Shown piece by piece: positions 13,200 to 26,653 of a stretch of DNA of 64,000 nt. The stretch covers positions 42,532,001-42,596,000 of the forward strand of contig NC_083288.1 of assembly GCF_963506605.1 (NCBI RefSeq). The letters run 5' to 3'. The notes beneath the pieces are model-generated. The model made no database searches. It was given only the letters and a program-made list of their open reading frames with translations, and was not told where the DNA came from. Position numbers and translations under genes: made by a program. How positions within the stretch are numbered: position 1 is the first letter of the stretch; each line of letters begins with the position of its first letter. Source of the DNA: Zootoca vivipara (lineage: Eukaryota).

Positions 13200-13302
13200 G
13201 TGCGAGAGGGCAGGAGTGGGAGGGAGGGAGGGAGGCGGTAAGGGCTTCTGTGGGTCTCCATCTACTAGCCTTTGGAATCCAGGACAGAGATGCCACCCAC
13301 TT

Positions 13303-13790
13303 AGAATCATAGAGTTGGAAGAGACCACGAGGGCCATCCAGTCCAACCCCCTGCCAAGCAGGAAACACCATCAAAGCATTCTTGACATATGCCTGTCAAG
13401 CGTCTGCTTAAAGACCTCCAAAGAAGGAGACTCCACCACACTCCTTGGCAGCATATTCCACTGCCGAACAGCTCTTACTGTCAGGAAGTTCTTCCTAATG
13501 TTTAGGTGGAATCTTCTTTCTTGTAGTTTGAATCCATTGCTCTGTGTCCACTTCTCTGGAGCAGCAGAAAACAACCTTTCTCCCTCCTCTATATGACATT
13601 TTTTATATTTTTATATTTGAACATGGCTATCATATCACCCCATAACCTTTTCTTCTCCAGGCTAAACATACCCAGCTTCCTAAGCTGTTCCTCATAAGGC
13701 ATTGTTTCCAGGCCTTTGACCATTTTGGTTGCCCTCCTCTGGACACGTTCCAGCTTGTCAGTATCGTTCTTGAACTGTGGTGCCCAGAAC
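13303..13790 (-). mobile_element. CR1 LINE 3' fragment
   Basis: Minus-strand peptides [27 protein letters not shown] and RFHLNIRKNFLTVRAVRQWN; ATTCT tail. Confidence 0.9.
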
Positions 13791-14015
13791 TTCTTTGCGG
13801 CTGTTAAAATAAGCACCCAGCACATCTGGAATATACGAGCATAGGAAGCAGCCTTATGTTGAGTCAGCCCGTTGGTCCATCTAACTGCTCTCCAGGTTTT
13901 GGGGCAGCCCTATGTGGAGATGCTGAGGATTGAATCTGGGACCATCCGTATGCAAACGAGATGCCCTCCCACTGAGCCACAGCCCTTCCCAAAGCACATT
14001 GCCATATATCACCAT

Positions 14016-14710
14016 TAGGGTGATGACTTTTTTTACAACTTCATTTCCCTGTATCATAATTTGATGAGCTTTCATTAAAGATTAGATAAAATCTTACTTT
14101 CAAAGAGATTTGATAAAAGAAATCAGGCACAAAATGATTAAAAAAAATTATTTATCAGTTTTTTGACCATTTTAGAAGTCACTGTAAGCAGATATAAAAT
14201 TGAACCCAAGCTTTAGAGTCACATATATACAACATTATATAGGGTCATCAAACACACAAGGAAGCTTGTTTTAGCTGCAGTAACAGTATAGATGCCGCTA
14301 GAGGACGATGTTTTGCTACCTCTCCTGTAGGTTCTTTTTCCAGCATGCCCGGCAGGGTCTGCTGGCTGAGTTTTGAGGTCCCAAAAAGGGGCTTTTACCT
14401 TGCACAGGTGTGACATTTGTATACCCTATGTTGCTAAGAACAATCCCCATTGTGGAATGTGGTGTGGTGTCCAAATTTGATACGAAATATACATAGAATT
14501 GTTAATACAATTTTATGAAATGGTAAAACGGCAAAAAAAATTAATACAAAAAAATTAAAAATACAAAAAAATACAAAAAAAATTAAAACGGTTTGTGCGT
14601 AACCTTTTTAAATATTTCAATGGAATATACCTCATTAATAGGCAAAAGTTCATCCATTTGTGCTACAGGAAATAATTTTTGAGGGGAAAAAATGAAAAGT
14701 CATCACCCTA
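14016..14710. mobile_element. Non-autonomous hAT DNA transposon, copy 2 (KHNYN intron)
   Basis: Same TIRs and body as 5899-7069, without the MITE and SINE insertions. Confidence 0.9.
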
Positions 14711-15196
14711 ATGGCTAAATATCACCATATGAAGTAGCCTTTTACTGCCTTTTACTGCCTTAGACCAAGTAATGTATTTTCTGGCTGGCAGGGGCTTTCC
14801 AAGGTCTCACATGGGGGTCTTCCTCTGCTGCCTGCCTTCCAAGATCCTTTAATTGGAGATTGTGGGGAACAGGTCTGGGACCTTCTACATGCAAAAGCAA
14901 ATGTTCTGGTGTTGATCTACGGCCCCTTTTGAAGAGCATAAAGTAAGCATTATACCCCCGCATGGGAATGCCACCATGGCAAAACTCCCCTGTAAAGGTC
15001 ATATCTCCCAGCAGCATTGCATTCTGATGTACACAGGCCTTCAGCTGGTAATGAATAGAATAGAATAGAATAGAATAGAATAGAATAGAATAGAATAATT
15101 TATTGGCCAAGTATCAACCATACTTGGAATTTTGCTTCGACTACATTGCAATGTAAAGAAAAATGTACCTCATACAAACACTATTCCCTCACAATA

Positions 15197-15712
15197 GAGT
15201 GGTACCTCAGTTTAAGTACACAATTGGTTCCGGAAGTCTGTACTTAACCTGAAGCGTACTTAACCTGAAGTGAACTTTCCCATTGAAAGTAATGGAAACT
15301 GGATTAATCCATTCCAGACGGTCCACAGAGTACTTAAACTGAAGCGTACTTAACCTGAAGTGAACTTTCCCATTGAAAGTAATGGAAAGTGGATTAATCC
15401 GTTCCAGGTGGTCCACAGAGTACTTAAACTGAAGCGTACTTAACCTGAAGCGAACTTTCCCATTGAAAGTAATGGAAAGTGGATTAATCCGTTCCAGACG
15501 GGTCCACGGAGTACTTAACCTGAAGCGTACTTAACCGAAGTATGTGTGTAATTGGTTCTGGAAGTCTGTACTTAACCTGAAGCGTACTTAACCTGAAGTG
15601 AACTTTCCCATGGAAAGTAAAGGAAAGTGGATTAATCCGTTCCAGATGGGTCCACAGAGTACTTAAACTGAAAGTACTCAAACCGAAGCGTACTTAAACC
15701 GAGGTATGACTG
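15197..15712. mobile_element. Tc1/mariner-type MITE with internal tandem repeats
   Basis: GAGTGGTACCTC...GAGGTATGACTG ends, TA flanks, repeated AACTTTCCCATTGAAAGTAATGGAAAGT unit; relatives at 36990 and 61890. Confidence 0.75.
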
Positions 15713-16114
15713 TACAACAGCACAGCGGAAAAACCCCATACCACCAACTGGCTTCCCTTTCGCCCACAACTACAGATTCAACAATTTGATGGCACAAGGA
15801 AAAAAGCTATTCCTGTGCCTAGACGTTTTGTATATATATGACAGGATGTAGAGCAGGCATCCCCAAACTGCAGCCCTCCAGATGTTTTGGACTACAATTC
15901 CCATCATCCCTGACCACTGGTCCTGTTAGCTAGGGATCATGGGACTTGTAGGCCAAAACATCTGGAGGGCCACAGTTTGGGGATGCCTGATGTAGAGAAT
16001 CTCACTATGTCATAAAGCCACCTTGCATGGTATGTGTTCCCAAAGGTGGCGGGGTGGCGGGGTTTCTCATCATGGGGATACCAACTGCAATATCGCATAT
16101 GGTCTATTTTCCAG

Positions 16115-17943
16115 GAATACATCAAAGGTCTCTGTGCGCCGGAGCTGAGTGAAGAGGTTTACTACCCCAAAGACATGCAGTGCATATTTCTGGGAGCCCA
16201 GGGGTTGTTCCTAGACTGCCTCACCCAAGGGACATCTGCCAACCTTACTTTCCTTCGCCCTGGCACTCTGCTAGTCTCGGGATTGGCTGAATCCTTCGTC
16301 ATGGCGCAGAGCCGGATCCAGGAGTTTGTGGGAAAGCACCAGAAGAACCTCAGGCTGCCCGATGAACAGGAGACCCAAGTCAAGCGGGCCTTCCTGGAGC
16401 TGGTGGAAACCTACAATGACAAACACGCTATGGACCTTTTGATCCTTCCCACCTCGGTCAAGGAGGAGTTGCTCAGTTTGGTGAAGGAGATTCAGGAAGA
16501 AGATGGGGAGCACAGGCGAAGCAACGGATGTTGGGCACCAAGCCTCGGGCAAGACCATTTGGTGGGCTGGGAAACTAACATGGGTGGCGGCGGCAGGCCT
16601 CAGTCTCCGAGTAAAAATACCTTTGGCTTGCCCATGGGGCTCAGTAGAGTCCGAGAACAGAGTAGAACTGGAGACTCTACCATTGATTTGCCTGCAGGCT
16701 TTGCTAGGCCTGAAGCATCTCCTCACAAGTCCCCACAAGAAGCTACACAACCGCAGTACTCTGTCAGGCCTCGAGATGTTAGGACTGACTTGCCTGTCGC
16801 GGTTGGTAGGCCTCAAGACCAAACTCTACCTCAGGTGTCAAGGGTTGACTTCCCCAGAGGCTTTGGTGAGACTGAATTCCCCAGTAGGCCTCAGCCCAAC
16901 CTGTCTTGCTTGAATGGCCCTCAGGGTTGGCCTGAGGTGACAACCCCCACGAGGCCAGCACTTCCCAAGAGTTCCCCTAAACCTATTCCAAATGCACAGG
17001 CTCGGTTTCTTCCTGGTTACGGAGGCCAAGCTGACTCTTTGCAGGATCATCACGAGGGGAAGGATGTTCTTTGTGCAAGGGACTCGAGCCCTGCCAGCTT
17101 GCCTGAGGAAACTAGTGAAGAGGAGCCATCGTCAGATGTCCTGTTGTCATCGTGGACGGAGAAGGAGTTCAAAATGAGGCTGAACTTCTTTAAAACCATG
17201 GGCTATGAGGAACGGGTGGTCAAGAAGATACTCTTGGAGGGTGGGGTACGTGAGGCACCTTCAACTATTCTGGACAGGGTCCAGATGGCAGAGGCGTCCC
17301 AGAAAGAAGGGGTCGTCCTCCCTCAGACGGAGCCTGGGGGAAGAGAGCACTCTCTTTCCCCACCAGAAAAGGACCAGGATGAAAACGAGTATCTCCGGGA
17401 ACTCATCAAAGCAGCTGCAGCCAACTGTGGCCACTCGCCAAGCGAGATCCCCACACAGATACAGACAGGAGCCCCATTGGCAGGTCTGCTGAGGCGGCTC
17501 AATGAGAAGGGGGAACACCAAGAGGAGGCTGAGGGTGTGATGGGGGCCTCAGCAGCAAAGCTAGAACATGGAGGATACCTTGGTGCTCGGAGGGCGGCCA
17601 TCTTGAATCACAGGGAATCTTCGCCTCAGAGGCCTCAGGAGAGAGGGGGGAACAGTGGGTCCCCTTTCCACGAGGGCGTCAGTTTGTCGCCAGTCAACCC
17701 AGAAGTTGCTGCTTTCTCTCCTTCCCCCAGTGGTCACCTGTTCTCGACGTCTGATTCTGAGGGGAGCCAGTTGGCAGAAAACACCAGCTTAGGGCTCCCC
17801 TACCAAGGCTCTGTTCCTACAGTAACCGGAGCCCAGCGCTTTGAGGAGGCCCTCCAGACCGAGTTCAAGCTCAAGTTGGCCAACACGCCAGGGAAGAAGA
17901 ACCTACGGATGATCATCATTGATGGCAGCAATGTGGCCATGAT
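16115..17943 (+). CDS. KHNYN: KHNYN coding exon 2 (KH region, linker, UBA-like segment, start of NYN domain)
   Basis: TTTTCCAG acceptor; EYIKGLCAPEL...IFLGAQGLFLDCL...FVMAQSR...EELLSLVKE match KHNYN; ends TGAQRFEEALQ...IIIDGSNVAM; donor GTAAGT at 17944 (phase 2). Confidence 0.95.
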
Positions 17944-18770
17944 GTAAGTGGTGTGTTTGTAGGGAGCCTGGAATGGGCTCTTCCTATTGGTGTGGCCAAT
18001 ACATGAGGTTGTTATTAACCAGAGGTAGCTATCTTGTGGACATTTTTTCAAATGTTATTGGGTTCCAGTACCTAGCTGTCCAAGTCAGCCTGGCAAATGG
18101 TCAATAATGATGTGAGTTCTTGTCTAGCAGCTTCTAGAGGGCATGCTGGGTTGTGCAGCTCAATCATTTCTATGTTGCTCCTCCCTTTTCTTTAAGCGCA
18201 TAAACAAACCAAGGAGGGATATAGCTTAGTGTTATGTATGAACCTGGTAGGGTGGTTTGTTTCCCTTTAACAAGGCTTAAACAATGGTTTGTATTGGCCT
18301 ATGGATTGTGGTTTGTTGGGGGAAACATACCAGGGTCCTAGGTTCAGACAGAACGTTAACTCAGAGGAGGAGAACCTGTAGCCCTCCAGATGTTGCTGGA
18401 CAGATGTTCCCCATAATCCCTGGCCATTGACCATGGTGGTTGAGGTTGAGAAGAGTTGGAATCCAACAACATCTGGAGGGTGCAGAATCTCTATCTCTGG
18501 TTTAATCCAAGGAGATTGGTTTACCATAATGTGTGACCTCAACCAATAAGAAAACGAATAAGGTGAATTTGTTGGGGTGTCTTTTAACCCTCATCTGCAC
18601 ATAACTGCTTTAAACAGTTTCTCACAAAGAATCCTGGGGACTATAGTTTGATAAGGACGTATAGAGTTGTTAGGAGGCCTTTGTTGCCCTCATAGAGGTA
18701 TAATCTCCAGCGTGGCTGTGGCCGTGGTATACCATCCTGAAGGCCCCAACAGCCCCTGATGGTTGCTGTG

Positions 18771-18860
18771 CATAGCTGCCAAGTTTTCCCTTTTCTCGCG
18801 AGGAAGCCTATTCAGCATAAGGGAAAATCTCTTTAAAAAAGGGATAACTTGGCAGCTATG
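18771..18860. mobile_element. 90-bp hAT MITE
   Basis: TIR CATAGCTGCCAAGTT, 8-bp TSD TTGCTGTG. Confidence 0.9.
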
Positions 18861-19231
18861 TTGCTGTGGCTTTCCAGAGGTTAAGACTCCAGCTCCCATC
18901 ATCTCTAACTATTGGTCTTGCTGGCTGGGGCTGATGTGAGCTGGGAGGCCCAATGGCATCGGGAGAACAGGTTCGCTATCTTGGACATATATATACAGTT
19001 ATAGTAAAAAATGTACCTTCTAGGAATTCTGCCTTGGCTGGCCAAGGACAGACTCATCTACATTTGTAGCTCACCAGTTCTTTAAAAGAGGGGTTCCCAA
19101 ACTTGTCCATGGACCACCTGTGACCTGTGAGCTTCATTCAGGTGGTCTGCAGCAGGTCTGCGGGTTTGTGTTTAAAGATGGGAGATGGCACATCCATCAT
19201 ATTAAATATTCTTATTGACTATTTTAATTCT

Positions 19232-19373
19232 NNNNNNNNNNNNNNNNNNNNNNNNNNNNNNNNNNNNNNNNNNNNNNNNNNNNNNNNNNNNNNNNNNNNN
19301 NNNNNNNNNNNNNNNNNNNNNNNNNNNNNNNNNNNNNNNNNNNNNNNNNNNNNNNNNNNNNNNNNNNNNNNNN
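19232..19373. other. Assembly gap
   Basis: Run of N. Confidence 1.
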
Positions 19374-19820
19374 CACGTTACAATTTGAATTCCATAGAAA
19401 TCAAATCATAATGCAATAACATGCAATAGATTAGAAATAAAAGAAGCAATAAAATATAGAATTGAAAATCATTCCTCATCTAACAAAGCACACTGCGATT
19501 GCTACAGCAGGCAGGAAAATCATTGAGGGGTTCTCCAAGATTTCCAGCAATTTTCAGGTGATCTGTGTGGGAAAAAACTTTTGGAAGGCACTATTCTAAG
19601 ACACGCAGTGGTGCTAACCCCAGGGTTATCCACACTTCCTCTTCTCCCACTGCTTTCCCCTGAGAAAACAGCTCTTTAGCATTCATTCGGAGCAAACAGC
19701 ACCTTGGGTTTGCCCTGGATTGCCATTTGTTCTGATCTATCGCGAAAGAGCGGTTTTTCCCTCTGAAAGGAGCGGGGCAAGGGGAAAACTGCTTGGATCC
19801 GCGCCTAGAAGGGTGGGTGA

Positions 19821-20237
<417 letters not shown>

Positions 20238-20496
20238 TGAAGTCGATGGACCCAATGGTCTGACTCAGTTTAAGGCAACCTCCTGTGTTCCTCATGAAAG
20301 GCCACCTGCCTACTGAGGAGTAAGTCTTAACTGGAATCAAGGACACTTACTTCCAAGCAAACATGGGTGAGATCAGGCTGCAACTGCCGTAGCCCCAATA
20401 AGAAATGAGGAGTCATTGAATGTGATGTTGGCGTCTCAGCTCCAATGCAGGTATCATTCCTCTTTGGTTTTTTCTCTCCCTTTTCCCCAACCACAG

Positions 20497-20593
20497 AGCA
20501 GCACTTTTTGATTGAGTTACAGAACCTGAGCATCCTCTCTGTCACGCCGTCACGCAAAATAGATGGGAAGGGCATCGTGCCGTACGACGACAG
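20497..20593 (+). CDS. KHNYN: KHNYN coding exon 4 (NYN domain, YDD motif)
   Basis: Pyrimidine tract + CACAG; QHFLIELQNLSILSVTPSRKIDGKGIVPYDD; donor GTCAGT (phase 2). Confidence 0.95.
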
Positions 20594-22439
20594 GTCAGTG
20601 AAGCTCTCTGAACTTACCATAAAGGCAATACAGCCTTTCTCTGTATCAGACATGGCACAGGTTCGCCTGTCGGCACCGAGTGGCTTTTCCCTGTGTGAGC
20701 AATCTCCCTGATCTCTCCCTGCCGTTGGTCTATCTGCTGTGAGATCATGGAATGTTCAGCTAATATTTTAAATATTGGTGGGGAAGGAGTGGAATTAGTA
20801 CAGCTCTGCAGGAGAAACGAAAGGCCTGTTTCGTCTGAGAGTTTAGCCAAAGGTTGGACAGAATTGAGGGCCCACTTTCGTTTTTGGCTGGAACACCAAG
20901 GTCCACCCAAAAAAATCAAAGGAATGATGTTGGGGTGGAGCCAGAGGCAAAGTGGTGCCTCGGGGGTGTGTGTGGAGCCAATTATGCATGTATAATGTGT
21001 GTGTGTGTGTGTGTGTGTGTGTATGCATGTATAAATTCAGATCTTCACCTGCGTTACTACAGAACAAGAATTCCAACTGGCCGATTTGGGTGGGGAAGAG
21101 AACCCTTAACTCGGCCCTCCAGATGTTTTGGGACTACAACTCCCATCATGCCTGACCACTGGTCCTGTTAGCTAGGGATGATGGGAGTTGTAGTCCTAAA
21201 AATATCTGGAGGGCTGAGTTTGCCTATGCCTGCCTTAACTGTTGTTAAAACAACTGGGTGTCGGAAACCTTCACAGATCTCCTGCAAACCATCGGATCTA
21301 CTTCCTGCCCAGACCTGTTTTAGTCAATCAAAACATTTCGGTGTGCTTGTTTAGTCAGTGCAAGGGTTTGATCTCTTCAATCAATAAAACATTGCTGTTT
21401 TGGTTTTTCGCTTTCTTGAAGGCGAGCGGTGGTGGTTTTTTTTGTGTGTGGCGGAAACTGATGAAAATATCCTCTCTCTTTCTGGTCTTTTTTTTTTTTT
21501 TTGCTTCAACTTGTACCTTCCCTGGGATTTCCCCCCAGGTTGGGCTTTCCAGATGTCAAGTCACCGGATATCGCTATGCTTTGATGAGGTCACAAATATG
21601 AGGGTTTGGGACAGAAGCAGGAAATGACACTGCCAGCAGATGGGCCCAGGGTGGGGGTGGCAGGCATGATTTTTGAGTCATGGTGTAACTGACAAGATAT
21701 GAAAGGGTGGTTATCACAGAAAGGAACTGAAGCATGTTGTGGCTGCCAAGACACAAGAGTGAAATTCTGAAGTGATGTCAGTCACACCACAGAGAGTGAT
21801 ATTCTGGAACCAAATTCTCAAATGTATTCCATTTCCTTGGTGTATTTTTATCCTTCTCCCTCCGTTATAGCCTCGCAACAATCCCGTGAGGTTAAGTCAG
21901 GCTGAGAAAGTGGGCTAGGGATGGGGGAAGCTGTGACCCTTCCAGCGTACCGCTGCACTCAAACTCCTATCATCCTCAGCAGCATGGCCAAATGGCCAGG
22001 GATGATGGGAGTTGTAGTCCGGTAACATTAGGAGGGATTTGAACTCTGGTTTCCCCGGTTGAAATCCAACACACTAGCTACTGTGCCATCCTGGCCTGGA
22101 GTGGAGGAGGATGTTATCGCAGTGGGTTTTCATAGGGTTCCAGTTTTTGTGTAAACTTGCAGCTTTATCAGTAAGGAAGTCAGTAATGGCAGACAAGCTT
22201 CCTTGAAAGATAGCATTGTTCTCTTTTTGTTACACACACCACACGCACACATTTTGGGTGAACCTTCGGTTTAAGAGACAGCCGTGATGTCTTACAGGCT
22301 TTGCCAGTGACAGCATTAAGCCCAGCCTCCGTCCGTCCCAGAACCCTTTGCAACGTGGCTGTGGTTCTGTGGCAAACCACTAATTTTTTTTTAAAATATT
22401 CTATTTGACAGGCCTTTCCTTCCCTTTCTATGCCTGCAG

Positions 22440-22547
22440 GTTCATGCTTAAACTAGCGGAACAGACCAACGGCGTCATCGTCACCAACGACCAGTTCCGG
22501 GATCTTGCGAAAGAATCGAAGAAATGGATCAGAATCATTAAAGAAAG
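22440..22547 (+). CDS. KHNYN: KHNYN coding exon 5 (NYN domain, TNDQFRD motif)
   Basis: TGCAG acceptor; FMLKLAEQTNGVIVTNDQFRDLAKESKKWIRIIKE; donor GT at 22548 (phase 2). Confidence 0.95.
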
Positions 22548-23828
22548 GTGCCTTCTTCTTTTTCCTTTTGACCCTCTCGATTGTTCTGGGCTTTCACCCT
22601 CACTTCAGCAGGGATGGGGAGAGTGGGGAAAGGATCGGGATATCACCCACCTTCTCTGGAGAGCTTTGGTCGCTATTTGATGTGTGGCTTGGGAACTGGG
22701 TAGATCGGGGAAGTTGAAGAATTGTACTCTGGCTTCTGGGCTTAAGCAGAAGGGCTGCAGCTTAGTTTGGAGAGACTCACTCCCTGGCATGTCCAGAAAG
22801 AGCTTTGGGGGGGAAAACAACAACCACCTGCCTGTTGTTGTGTATTTAGGGCACAGAAGTGACCTGTTGTGTGGCAATGTCCCTCCTTCCCCGTGAAATA
22901 AGACACAAGACACCAATGAAAAGATTTTAAGTGGGCGAAAAGGCCACAACTTTATTGGTTACGGATGTTGAGCGGTATTGGCTTAGGCATTGGAACCTAA
23001 CCAACTATATCTGACTGCAACCCGTGTGTTGCAGTCTGGGAGAAATTAACCACCAGAAAGGAGCCCAGGGATATACATCTACCAGAACTCCTCCTTTGGC
23101 CACCGTTGGGGCGTGTCTTACGGCCCTGACCTCCGCAAGCTCAGGACAAAGCTCCGCCCCCGGAAACCTTTAACAGAATACTTCTCCAATTTCTGGGCAG
23201 ATGATGACGTAATCTGGACCCCTTCTTTTTTAATGCAAATTTCCAATGCCCGCCTCCGGGCTGTTTAAAAGAGGGGAAGCCCTGCCCCCCCCGTCCGACC
23301 TTATTGGTCGGCCCGGGTCTGACGGAGGCGGGAACTCCCAATCGCGAGGGGGCTGAGCTCTCAACCCCCATCGCGAGAGTACAGTCGGGTCCTGCCCACA
23401 CCACCACCTCCGTGGGGATGCAGAAGTGGTTTTTAATAAATGATAAAAACAACACCGAGGTAGATGAACCAGTGGCCTAAGCTGTACACACCACACATTT
23501 AAAGCACATGACCAAAGAATCCTGGGAACTGTAGTTTATCTCCTCACACAGCTACTGTTCCCAAAAACACGCTATTCCCAACGCTCTCTGGCCTCCCAGA
23601 GCTACAGTTCCCGGGGTTCCCTAGGAAAAAGTGGGATGATGGTTCAAACACTGGGAATTATAGCTCAGCACATGTAAACTACAGTTCCCATGATTCTTTT
23701 GTGGGAGGGAGCCATGACTATTAAAGTGGTGTGTAATAATGTTTTAAATGTGTCGTGTAGATGTGGCCTGAATGTGTGCCACCAGTTCTTTCTCTACAGA
23801 ACAGGAAGTGCCCGTCAAACCAGTTTGA

Positions 23829-24050
<222 letters not shown>

Positions 24051-24706
24051 TAAAAAGTCTCTGTGGGCTGGAGCAAGCAGCCGCCCCTAGGAAAACACCC
24101 TTTGTTTGTGTCCCCCACTTTCCAACCACAAAACAGAAGTAACAGTATTTATATTTCGGTACATGGTGAAACTGCACCATCTTGTGGCCAGAGGAAGAGA
24201 TGTATGTGGGTTGGAGCTAAAACAAACCTGAGTGAAAATTATATGGCCGCATATCCTTCCAAGTTCAGGTTGGCTTGCAAAAGGGTTCAAACGGCAGTTG
24301 GTATTTTATAAGAGTAGCACTGAGATTTAAGATACGAAAGGGAAGAAATGGGGGCAGTGGAAGGTAAATATGGAAGCAGTGGAAGGTAAACAGGTTGATG
24401 CTGTGGGCCTTGCTTTCTCGCCTCTCTGTCTGAGGCAGTTATGAGAAATGGTCACTTATGGAGGCAGTTCTGGGAGGAGAGGAGCTAAACAGCAGTTGGG
24501 TCTCAGAAAAGCCAAGGCAGCGGGCCTTGCTTTTTTCTTTTAACCTTGCCCTCTAAGGCAGCCTTGAAGAATGGCCAATGATGGAGGCAGCTCTCGGAGG
24601 GGGTGGTCAAAATGGCGGGTGGGACCCTGTGGCAGAGAACACCTCATTGTCTTGCCCTGGTGCCTTCTGCAACATGGGTTTCTCCTCTCAAGACTTGAAC
24701 CTTTTA

Positions 24707-24949
24707 CAGTGGTACCTCTAGTTGCAGGCACAATCTGTTCCAGGGTGCTGTTCGCATCCTGAAAAGTCCGCAACTAGAGCGGCGCTTCTGCACAAGTGCG
24801 GAGCGCAATAGAGCGCTTCTGCGCATGCGCAAAGCGCGCAGAACGCTTCTGTACATGCGGCAAAATCTGGAAGTATACAATTCCGGGTTTGCTGCGTTGG
24901 TAAGCCGAAAAGACACAACATGAACCTAACACAACGCAAGGTATGACTG
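24707..24949. mobile_element. Tc1/mariner-type MITE
   Basis: TA-CAGTGGTACCTC...GGTATGACTG-TA with internal palindrome. Confidence 0.7.
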
Positions 24950-24952
24950 TAG

Positions 24953-25348
<396 letters not shown>

Positions 25349-26228
25349 GCCAGAAAACTTTTGTTGTCTCCCAAGGGGGCTGTGCGTTTATCCATGCAGC
25401 TGCGTCCAGAATGGGCTCGCCCTTGCTGGTATGACTGGTTTTTAGTGCCAGCTGTCTGTCCCTGAGGGATACAGAAGAACCTTTTGCTACCTAACACTGT
25501 GTGGTAGATCATTTCCCCTCAGAACTCTCTTAGTACGAAAATCGCAGAGCCGTTGATGGTTCTCCTCATTAGCCAGTAGCAATAATTATCAGTTCAAAAA
25601 GCACCTAACATTAAGGTAACTCAGGGTTTAAGATAACTGCGTGTCGGGTGGTAGTTGTGCTTACTGGATATTGTTGGACTCATCCCTGACCATTAGTTGT
25701 GCTGGTTGGGGCTGATGGGAATTGGGAGTCCAACAAAATTGGGAAGGCACCATGTCAGCAAGCCCATATGGCCAGCCGAAGCTACACAGAGCAATATGCC
25801 CCTGCCCTTCAACCTTCATGGTTGGGCAAGTCTTCACTGTGAATTTAAACTGATTTAACTGTCATGGCCTCCTCACACTACCACAGAATTGTGGGAAATG
25901 TTCCATGAGGTAGATTCCTGACAGGATTCTGAAGCCTCCACACACTATTACATCACCCAGGGGTGTGTGGGATTAAAAAATATATATAACATGGCAGTTG
26001 TATTAATTCCAGACCAATTTAAGAGAAGTTTTCAGATGTCTTAGGGTTAGTCCAAGGACAGTTCCTAGGAAGGCCCGTGTACACCTTCCAAGTTACGGAA
26101 GAAATCATAATACGAGAGGCAAGGGAACATATTCATAAACTGGAACTGTTTTAGATTATGTCTTGGGGTGAATGAAATGCCTTTATACAATTTAAAGAAT
26201 CTGTCCCATAAATTGTTGAGCACACTTC

Positions 26229-26395
26229 NNNNNNNNNNNNNNNNNNNNNNNNNNNNNNNNNNNNNNNNNNNNNNNNNNNNNNNNNNNNNNNNNNNNNNNN
26301 NNNNNNNNNNNNNNNNNNNNNNNNNNNNNNNNNNNNNNNNNNNNNNNNNNNNNNNNNNNNNNNNNNNNNNNNNNNNNNNNNNNNNNNNNNNNNNN
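26229..26395. other. Assembly gap (probable KHNYN 3' UTR)
   Basis: Run of N. Confidence 1.
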
Positions 26396-26637
26396 TTTCT
26401 TAAATTTAAACCCAACATGTAGATTATAGTGTGCTCTTTCAGTTTGGGATAAAAAATTCTTATTTTCAAGTATATATATATATATTTCCTTTAACAAAAT
26501 GAAAAGAAAATTCTTCTCCGTTACTTAGAAAATGGCAAAATATCCAAATCCCAATCAAGGAAAAGAAGAAATTTTGTTTGGTTTTCCTGGGATGTAAAAA
26601 AAAACAAAGAAAACTGGACTGTTTTTAAAAGCTAAAA

Positions 26638-26653
26638 AATAAAATAAAATAAA
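26638..26653 (+). terminator. Candidate KHNYN polyadenylation signals (overlapping AATAAA)
   Basis: AATAAAATAAAATAAA followed by a GT/T-rich tract, about 1.3 kb after the stop. Confidence 0.45.

Noticed and set aside
15197-15712. Regularly repeated units resembling a CRISPR array (also 36990-37432, 61890-62304)
   Set aside because: Eukaryotic DNA, no unique spacers, no cas genes; units are internal repeats of a TA-flanked MITE
16034-17947. 637-aa ORF as a stand-alone gene
   Set aside because: It is one large internal exon (16115-17943) of KHNYN, bounded by canonical splice sites
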